Assembly (NCBI GenBank): GCA_000004985.1
Contig: GG738885.1
Origin: Naegleria gruberi
Taxonomy: Eukaryota
Strand: one strand, 5' to 3'
Length of the DNA: 64,000 nucleotides
The stretch's first letter is position 1. Every line of letters begins with the position of its first letter. The notes under the pieces were generated by a model that ran no database searches, was not told where the DNA came from, and saw nothing but the letters and a program-made list of their open reading frames with translations. The position numbers and the translations under genes are program-made. This document shows, piece after piece, positions 55,559 to 64,000 of this stretch.

Positions 55559-57867
55559 ATGTCAAACACGATTGCAACCAAGATGAGCTGCAAGAGTGCT
55601 ATGGTTCTTGTTGTCCTGATGATGGTAATGATGTTGATGGCGATTGGATTGTTGGCCAAGAGTGTACAAATAGATAGTGAAGATTATGTTGTACCACCAG
55701 TGCCTTTACAAAAGGCTCCGTATGCAGAGTGGGCTCATCATCATTGGGTGTGGTAAGTGATCAGTGTGTTGATAGTTTTATTCAATTAGTGATGATGATT
55801 TTGTGTTATTGATGATTTTGTGGATGTCAAATGAAATTGTAGGATTGATCACGGTAGAGAAAATCAACAAACATTGATGAATCTTGTAAATAGTTATCTT
55901 TCTTATGATATTCCAGTTGGAGCTATTGATATTGACTCTGAATGGAGTACTGGCATTAACAACTTTATTATTGACAAGTAGGTTATTCTTTGAATTATTC
56001 ATCATCAAACGAAAATTTCATCATGCATGATGGCTTGTAATTGTGATAGGAACAAATTCCCAAACATGTATCAATTTGTGAAAACACTTCACTCTATGAA
56101 TATCAGAGTTATTTGTTGGGTGACTAGTGTTGTTAATGTGGATTCATCAAATTACAACGAAGGAAAAGAGAAAGGATATTATTTGAATTCTGGATCCACT
56201 GTTAAATGGTGGCATGGACACGGAAGTTTTATTGATTATTCCAATCCTGATGCATTGAATTGGTGGCATAATCAATTGAATAATTTATTAATTTTGAATG
56301 AAACTGACAAGTCTGTTGGTATTGATGGATGGGTAAGTGGAAAAATCAATGTGGTTGACCTCAATCCTTTCTTAGAAATGTGATGGAACTGATCCATATG
56401 TCTTTGAATTTATTTACATTCATGGCCATAAAGGACATATTTCAGAACGTGAATATGCTAACATGTATTATAGAGATTTCTTCTATTATACTAGACAAAT
56501 TAGAGGAGATGATGCTTTAATTATGGCTCGTCCAGTTGACTCGTTCTTAGGATATGTGTACCTTGATTTTGCTCCAAGAGATGTTGTAAGTTTTTTGAAA
56601 GTATTATGTTATTTAAAGTTGTTTGATTTAAAAAAAGGTTTTCAGTGGTTGGGTTGGTGATCAAGATCCAACATTTGAGGGTTTGCAAAATGCCATTAAG
56701 AACATGTTCCACTCAGCTTGGAATAAGTATGTTTCCTTTGGTATGTTGTTTTTTTAAGACATGTTTTAATAAGTCTTCCTAAAACCAGGTACTGATATTG
56801 CTGGTTATCGTGGAGGTGGAAAGAGAGATCTTTCTTTATACATTAGATGGTTCCAAATGGGAACATTCAATGGATTGATGGAAAATGGTGGTAATGGTGT
56901 TCATGAACGTAAGTATTAAATGGAAAATGGTAAAAATTACAATAATGAACTAGCATGGGGATATGATACTCCTAGTTTGAATGTCACAAATATTTACAGA
57001 AGATACGTTCATATTCACTATGAATTGAATCCTTACTTGTACTCTGCTGGTATTAATGCTTATGCCAACGACAAGAGTATCATGACACCACAATGGTAAG
57101 TTATCTTTATACTGTTTTCTATAATGTGATATTTCAGTTCTTACACCATGTTCACACCTGAATTTTGGACCTACACCCTTGGAGACAATATTCTCGTTAC
57201 TCCAATGGTTGATTCTTCTTCTAATGTTGTGGTGTTCTTCCCTAAGGGTAAATGGGTTGACTATTTCAATCATGATCGTATTATTGAAGGAGGTCAAACT
57301 ATGACTCTCAATTACACTTCATATGATCAATTCCCAGTTTTCTATAAGGCAGGAAGCATCTTGCCATTCAATATTACCTCAGATCATGTCAATTTGTTTG
57401 GTAATTCCAGAACTAACAGAGGTTATTTGACTATTGCAATTCACTATCCACATGATAATACTGAACAAGTTCAAGATATTGAATCACATGGAATCCAAGT
57501 TAGATATATTAAGAATACTGCTGACAATACTCTTTCTGTTTCAATTTCTGCTCCAAACTCTTTCAGAAAAGATTTCAAGAATTTGAAATTCTTGCTGGAT
57601 ATTCGTGGAATGGTTCCTTCATCACCATCAGGATATAAGATTTCTCAATATTCATTCTACGAAAAGGAGTATGTCAACTTGCAAAGGGTTGATAATGTTG
57701 AATCATTCAATCGTAACATTCCATCATTTGGTTCCTATGTTCACATGCCAATCTCCAAGTATTCTGTTTTCAATTCAAAGAATCAAATTGTTGATTCTCA
57801 AAAGCACCAACCAGTCTTGATTAAATTGCATGATATCATCAGAGGCGTCAAATTGGTCATTCAATAA
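55559..57867 (+). CDS. Glycoside hydrolase family 31 (alpha-xylosidase/alpha-glucosidase-like), 8 exons, ~638 aa, N-terminal signal anchor
   Basis: Exons are approximately 55559..55752, 55843..55977, 56050..56332, 56376..56585, 56638..56740, 56789..56908, 56954..57095 and 57138..57867. All introns are GT..AG at 42-90 nt, and phases close to a 639-codon ORF. GH31 motifs: GIDGW|KCDGTD (nucleophile region, split by an intron), FSGWVGDQD, TDIAGYRGG, IRWFQMGTF, HEPWGYD, and a C-terminal beta-sandwich. Confidence 0.75.
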
Positions 57868-57917
57868 AATTTCAAAATTGTTTTTACTAATTTCTCAATC
57901 ATACTTTACAAATTATT

Positions 57918-58871
57918 TTACAAAATTGTGAACAAGCTCATTAAAATTACAATCATGAATCCAATAATCACCCTTGATGGTGATGATTGACTTTCTCCAT
58001 CACTCGAACGATTTGTCTTGGCAGTAAAAACTCCATAATATGAACCACTTCCAAATGTTCTCACATAACATTTCGTACACTGATTTGCATTATTACTTTT
58101 CCACCTATTTAAATCAAAAGCATCAGCAACCAATGCATGAACTTTCTTATTTCCAACAAGATTGAATTGTTCATCATAACTAGTTGGTACTCTTTCAGCA
58201 TATTTAAATGTCTGGTTGACTATATCTTCATAAATTGATCCAATATAGTAACCAATCTTGAAATTTGGTTTATCCATTTCAGATAATGAAGTAACATTAG
58301 GATAAATATCAATATCTAAATCACTTCTCAAGAATGCATCAAGTGAATATCCATATGGACAAGTGGCAAAGTTAACATCGGCAACTCTGTCAGCTGTAAT
58401 GGTTGTATCGGAAACTACCACATCACACCTTCCATCATTCACATAACTTTTCATAGTTTCGAAAAATCCCATTTCTGTTGTATTGACCAACACAAATTGT
58501 GTCTTTAATGAAAGTCTGAAATTCGAATTAATATTCGAAACAATGCTTTCACCCACCAATTGATACAAACCAATCCAAGCCTGTTCAATATCTTGTGCAT
58601 CTTCGTAACACATCTTGAGTGAGGAGACAGATGATGGAATTGGGTTTCGTGAAGGAAAGGAAGGAGAAACTGAACATGTAGGAGGACTCAGAGGTAAATT
58701 CTTATTCACATAATCGATAAATGTTGAGGAGGCGACCATTCTAGAAGTAGCAGCTTCTACTGCTTGGTTGAATTCAATACTCGAAACTATAGATTGTGAG
58801 ATGGAAACTTGACTAAAGAATAGAATAAACAATGAAAGACAAAGAGTAATACAGGAATGATATCTAGTCAT
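57918..58871 (-). CDS. Membrane-anchored extracellular solute-binding-protein-like (SBP family 3 / iGluR ligand-binding-domain-like) protein, 317 aa
   Basis: Signal peptide (MTRYHSCITLCLSLFILFFSQVSIS). Periplasmic-binding-protein-like body (...CDVVVSDTTITADRVADVNFATCPYGYSLDAFL...). C-terminal hydrophobic TM/GPI-signal-like tail. The domain assignment is tentative. Confidence 0.4.
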   Translation of the reverse strand: MTRYHSCITLCLSLFILFFSQVSISQSIVSSIEFNQAVEAATSRMVASSTFIDYVNKNLPLSPPTCSVSPSFPSRNPIPSSVSSLKMCYEDAQDIEQAWIGLYQLVGESIVSNINSNFRLSLKTQFVLVNTTEMGFFETMKSYVNDGRCDVVVSDTTITADRVADVNFATCPYGYSLDAFLRSDLDIDIYPNVTSLSEMDKPNFKIGYYIGSIYEDIVNQTFKYAERVPTSYDEQFNLVGNKKVHALVADAFDLNRWKSNNANQCTKCYVRTFGSGSYYGVFTAKTNRSSDGESQSSPSRVIIGFMIVILMSLFTIL

Positions 58872-59631
58872 TTTTTAGAATAATGATAACAGTATTTTCA
58901 CAAGCCATAGTTGAAAGATTCGTCAATAAAATGCGAAAGAAACCAGACGAAAACTAAATGCTACCAAAACAGTTCAATATTTCCTACTTTCATCACTACC
59001 ATTTTAGGAAGGATCATAGAAATTCGGCAAGAGATTGTTTGAATTGGTCACTTGTCATTTCGCATAACATTATATTCATGTTAGAATAGTATTGATGTTG
59101 GGGATTTGTTTTAGATGGAAAGTTGTCCGTTGTTGTATTTACATAAATATGAAGATTCGAATGAGATTCATATTCAAGTAGTACAGATTCAGAATCACCA
59201 TGTTTCGTTGGAGTTTCCTCTATTTTTCTTTGGGTTGTTAGTTACTTTCTTTCCTCACTTGTAGAGTTTCAAATTTCATTGCTTTACTTGCTTACTGCCT
59301 CACACATTTATTCGAAAAAGAAGAATTGAGATTTAATACGTAAATTGTTCTTTTTCAGCATGTTTTTGTGCGGATTTTTGACTTGACTATAATTAGTGGA
59401 GGTTGTTGAAGCGTATTCTATTGAGATTTTCACTTTCGTTGTATCTTCAATTCATAAATTTCAATTTTCTTTTTATTAAAATGAATATTCAATATTGGGG
59501 CCATCAATTTGTGAATTTGTTGGATTTTTCTCATATTTTGTAAAACTCGTCAACTAATCAGCAATCAAAGGAATGAGTCAAATTGTCGACATTTTAAAAG
59601 AAATGGATGATTTTTTCAAAAAGAAAACAAC

Positions 59632-59871
59632 ATGCCACCTAAACCTCTCCCAGTTTTCAATAACACTGCTACAGGTCACGGAGAGCCATACAAAGGCAAC
59701 ATAAACGCTCCTCATATCGTTCACTATGGTGTAAATCAGACCACTGGTCAAGTACTTCCAATGACAAGAGCTCCAAATCGTGGTGAGAAAGCTCCAGGCA
59801 ATGGTCAAACCTTACATGGTGGAGTAGTTGGTGAAAGAGATAAAGGAGGAAAAAGAGTTGTTTGGCACTGA
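59632..59871 (+). CDS. Small hypothetical G/P/K-rich protein (79 aa)
   Basis: ATG ORF with locally elevated GC, lying between the SBP-like gene and the ABCA gene. No family recognised; it may be spurious. Confidence 0.2.
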   Translation: MPPKPLPVFNNTATGHGEPYKGNINAPHIVHYGVNQTTGQVLPMTRAPNRGEKAPGNGQTLHGGVVGERDKGGKRVVWH

Positions 59872-60005
59872 AGTCTTTTCTGTAATTTGGTCTCTACAAT
59901 GTTTTAAGATATCAGTGGTTATGTTAATCATCAATTTCTATGTCATTTCTCAATACGAATTGTATGAAAAATCCAGATCTGTGAATGAAATTTTCTTTTA
60001 TTATT

Positions 60006-62881
60006 TTACCACAAACATTGTTTCAACATGACCAAAATTCGTTTCCATTTTTCATTCTCTTTAGTGTCAGTATTTCTATTCGAATGCATGCCAATAATGT
60101 TTAAGAAAACTTGTTCTAACGAATCTTGATTCAAGGCAAATTCCTCAATTCCATTTCCAACCTTTCCTTCTTCCATGTGTTTGAATAAACCTGAGAGAGA
60201 TTTGATTTCTTCTTCCTCCTCTTCAATGTAAATGTTATTAGAAAGTGATATTGGAAAGTGTGGAATTTTGAAAATTGACATTGTTTCTGATAGAATTAAA
60301 TCCTTTCTTGCTTGTGGAACATACTTGAGCACATATTGTTCAGCCAAACTTTCGAATTGTTTCGGATAACTTATACTCAATACATAACCATCTCCAAACT
60401 TATTTTTCAATCTCAATCCAGATCCCAAACATTTAAATTCACCATTTGACATGATTGTCATCCTATCACACAAAACGTCAGCTTCTTCCATTGAGTGAGT
60501 TGTCAAAATGACAGTTCGATTCTTCTTTTGTTCTAAAATAATGTCCCATAAATGTCTTTTAGAAAGTGGATCTAATCCAGTGGTTGGTTCATCTAAGAGA
60601 ATTACCTTAGGATCTCCTATTAAGGAAATGGCAATTGACAGGCGACGTTTCATGCCTCCTGAGAGTGATTTTGAAGGTGGAGAATTCTTCATCTTGAGAG
60701 TTTCATTATCTAAACCAACTTGTTTCAATAAAGATTGAATGTGTTGTTTTTCATGTTTGATTTTGACAGCTTTCAATCTTGCATAAAATAATAAATGATC
60801 TTCACATGTCAAGTCTGGATATAAAATATCGAACTGAGAGGTCAGACCCATAATCTTGTGAATGGAATCCATTTCTGTACGAATATCTTTACCATATACG
60901 AAAGCAGTTCCAGAGCTAGGTCCAAACATTCCTGACAACATTGAAATAGTTGTTGATTTACCAGCTCCATTCAATCCCAATAAACCAAAGCATTCGGATT
61001 TACCAATTCTTAGACAAATATTGTTGACTGCTGTTTTTGAGTTGAATTTCTTTTCTAGATTAAAGAGAACAACACCAAAATCATTCTTCAACTTTCGAAT
61101 ATGTTCTTCCTGTTGATCTCGAGTAAGATTGGGTGGAGTTACTCGATTATTCTCCTCGGCAACATCTGAATCTATTGTTGCTATTTGATTTTCTTCATCT
61201 ATTGTTGGTTTTACTCTCTTTCCAGAGATTCGTTTCTTTAGAATATTTCTAAAAGGTTTCCATAACCAATTCATAAAGAAAAGTGGACTCTTTGACACGC
61301 CAAATGGTTGGGGAATGACAGCATCTAAATACAATCCAAGAATCATGTATACTAAACTCATTCCCAACATGTAAATCAACGAATAGAATACTGAGCTATT
61401 GTTGTAAATATCGACAAAGTTGGTGATGCAACCATTGCCAGAATTACACGCAGCTGTGGTAGCATATACGAAATGAGTGATTTGGAATGGAAAGATTGTC
61501 AAGATACCATATTTGGACTCTGGAACATTCGTATAAAGTGACGAATCTAGAATTACGCCAACCATTGGTCCAATAAGAACAATCAGATAGGAAACTATTG
61601 TGGCTACAATAGTAGTCCCAATACATGAAGATAATAAGAATGAGAAACTAATCAGCAAATTTCCCCACAATAAGAAAAATATAACTATTAGAAAGTTAGG
61701 AAACAAACATCTTTCCAACAACAATACTTACTCAAAATTATTGGGTTCGTCTTGGTAACAAAGCTGAAATTAAAGAGTGCAGAGAATATTATAAACATTA
61801 CAACTGAAATTGCATACATTCCATAAAAGAACATATACGAAACAAGAAAGTAATATCTCATCTTCATTCCCATAAGTTTCATCATTTCACGCAACTTGAA
61901 CTGCTTTTCCATGACAATTGTAAACGTAAAAGAAGGCAACAGCAAACATAATATCATTGGGAAAAACAATGAACCCAACAAATCCGAAATGTTAGCCGAA
62001 GGAAAACTAATGGTATAACTCATTTGAGATGTATAGGTTCTGATATTGTATCTACCAGTAATATTCTTCAAAAAGGCGTCATTCATCCAATGTTGCATGG
62101 AAACTCCCATTACATTTCTGCAACTTGTGATTACAAAGCTGATTGGAATGGTTTTGGACAAGTAGTCACAGAAAAGTGACTTTTCATTGGAATCGTATTG
62201 GATTGTGTAGTTTAAAATAGCTCTGGTTGATGTTGTCAATTGATTAATGATATAACCACCGACAGCATCAAGAGCATGTTTGGATTTTCCATCAGATGCC
62301 AATTTTTCATAAATGACATTTTCCATTTCTGTGCTATTGTTGAATGATGAGACAGAGTATGGAATTGATATCATACCAGTTGTTTCAAAAGTACCATTCA
62401 CTTGCATGGATGGAATTTTTCTTGAAAACGGACTGAAATCTTTCAAGAATCCATTCGAAACTCCAAACTTTGAAGAAAGTTGCCCAAAATTAATATTGTC
62501 CAGATAGTCCCTTCTATTGGAAGAAAAATAAATTGATTCTGGAGGATTGAAAGTCAAGTTTTGTGAATTCTTCACTTGAACCATCAGTTGAGATAGCTCA
62601 ACTGAGGTTGAGTTGACTTTCGTATTTGCCAAACCTTGTTCAGAAAGAAAATTATTGGTCAAATCTTTAGTAACCACTTGTAACAAGAATATAAACACCA
62701 AACAAATGACTGGAAAGAACAATAGACAGCAGTTGGACCTTCGTATTGATAATTCGAAACAATTCGAAAGAAACACTTACTTTTTCTGTTTCATTTGCAA
62801 TGAGAATGACTTGAAGAGTAAACCCCTAACTTGACTCAAATCTTTGGACAAGTTAGTGTCCATTATCAAGTCACTGTTCAT
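60006..62881 (-). CDS. ABC transporter, ABCA subfamily half-transporter (TMD with large extracellular loop + one NBD), three exons
   Basis: Exon 1 is approximately 62781..62881 (MNSDLIMDTNLSKDLSQVRGLLFKSFSLQMKQK-). A 42-nt intron follows. Exon 2 is approximately 61732..62738 (SNCCLLFFPVICLVFIFLLQV..., TM1 + ECD). A 47-nt intron follows. Exon 3 is approximately 60006..61684 (TMs, then Walker A GLNGAGKST, signature LSGGMKRRLS, Walker B ILLDEPTTGLD). The gene ends after NBD1. Confidence 0.75.
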
Positions 62882-63133
62882 TATTAAATATTTTAATTTT
62901 TTTGGATTCTTTACTTTTGAACTGTTTAGTCCATACTATTATATTAGTTAGTCATGATTCTAATGTAAATGTTGTTGGAAGCAAAAAGGAGGTGGAAAAG
63001 GAGTTTGGGGCTGCGGCGAATCCTAAATAGGTCAACTATAAGTCGAAAAGATATACTCGAAAGTAGTTTAAACTTGATAGATGATGAAAGCAACAAGAAA
63101 ATTGTCTCATATTTGAAAACTCCATAAAAAAGA
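62882..63133. promoter_or_regulatory. Putative shared (bidirectional) promoter region between divergently transcribed ABCA paralogs
   Basis: About 250 bp lie between the two ATGs (62881 on minus, 63134 on plus). The region is AT-rich with a GC-richer core (ggaggtggaaaaggagtttggggctgcggcgaatcc at ~62985-63020). Confidence 0.3.
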
Positions 63134-64000
63134 ATGAAATATCTTGTTGAGGTGTTGAAACAAACACTTGTATTACTCAAGAAGAATGCCTTGCTATATG
63201 TAAGTGTTTCTTTATAGTTTCGTCTGACATGTAATTATTCCAAAGACAAGAAGATGGAAGTCCACATGTTTACAACTCGCTTCGCCAATCATTATTCTTG
63301 CCATCTTACTCATCATGTCTCTAATCATGGAAGTAAACTTTGACAAATCAATTCTTACTCAACCAACAAGAAATATTCATGAAATTGAAATTCCAAGAGA
63401 AGGAAATTCTAAAAAGTTACAATTCTATGAATGTAAAGCAGCACCTAATGTTCCATGCTACAAGATAGTCTACACATCTGATGGAATTTCATTTGGAGAA
63501 ACTGTCATGAGTCAACTTGTGTCAGATTATCAATTAAAACTTGACAAGGACTTTAAGAATTTCACATCTGTAAAAGAAATGGAAGCATGGATGTTTAGCC
63601 ACCAGAATGAAACAATGTTTGGTCTTGCGTTCATACCAAACTCCATTTTGGATACAGTTGATACTTTATCTTACACACTTTACTATAATAGGTCAAGAGA
63701 GGAATTACATTTTCCATTGTTGAGTTTACAAAACATAATTGATAACAATATAATCTATTTAAGAATGAAAGAGTTGAATAGAACTCAAGATTTGATGGAT
63801 TCTAGATACTCTGTCCAAGTTGACTATAAGAGTTTTCCTCAACCATTGACAACCAAAGATGGACAAACTTTAGTTTTCAAAATTTCAGGCCCAACCTTCT
63901 TCAGCATATCCGCAATGTTTATTTTAATTGTTTCTTTGAATAATTTGGTGGTTGAAAAAGAGTTTCGTCTCAGATTTTCAATGATCATGATGGGAATGAA
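63134..64000 (+). CDS. Second ABCA-subfamily transporter, paralog of the previous gene; 5' end only, continues past the window end
   Basis: Exon 1 is 63134..63199 (MKYLVEVLKQTLVLLKKNALLY; ABCA N-terminal LLWKN-like motif). A 46-nt intron GTAAGTGTTTCTTT...CAAAG follows. Exon 2 runs from 63246 onward (TRRWKSTCLQLASPIIILAILLIMSLIMEV...EKEFRLRFSMIMMGM), matching ABCA1 [23 protein letters not shown] and the ECD1/TM2 region. Confidence 0.7.

Overview
This window is AT-rich eukaryotic nuclear DNA, densely packed with genes on both strands. It looks most like a dictyostelid-type amoebozoan. The evidence is poly-Q/N/S tracts, AT-rich intergenic DNA, GT..AG introns beginning GTAAGT/GTATGT, and proteins such as an ERGIC-53-like lectin, peroxinectin-like peroxidase, eIF2D, TMEM97 and ABCA half-transporters. 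I could support about 40 protein-coding genes and found no rRNA, tRNA or CRISPR. The six-frame track accepts TTG/GTG/CTG as starts, so several of its 'M' starts are not ATG. I re-derived starts where it mattered and reconstructed exon structures by hand for eight multi-exon genes plus the PIG-B mannosyltransferase; hand-derived splice coordinates may be off by 1-2 nt. Introns are tiny, mostly 37-90 nt, with one of 176 nt. The main findings are: (i) an intronless, GC-rich CocE/NonD (peptidase S15) hydrolase with bacterial codon usage in AT-rich eukaryotic flanks, a strong candidate for recent bacterial-to-eukaryote gene transfer; (ii) an eIF2D ORF lacking its SWIB/SUI1 half that abuts, in the same frame across a single TAA, a GPI mannosyltransferase lacking its N-terminal exon; (iii) a membrane-anchored protein carrying only a 2-oxoacid-dehydrogenase E2 catalytic domain; (iv) a gene of about 14 tandem 26-residue repeats (DUF4116-like; the name is from memory) broken by a frameshift; (v) a divergent pair of ABCA paralogs sharing a ~250-bp promoter region and a conserved first-intron position.
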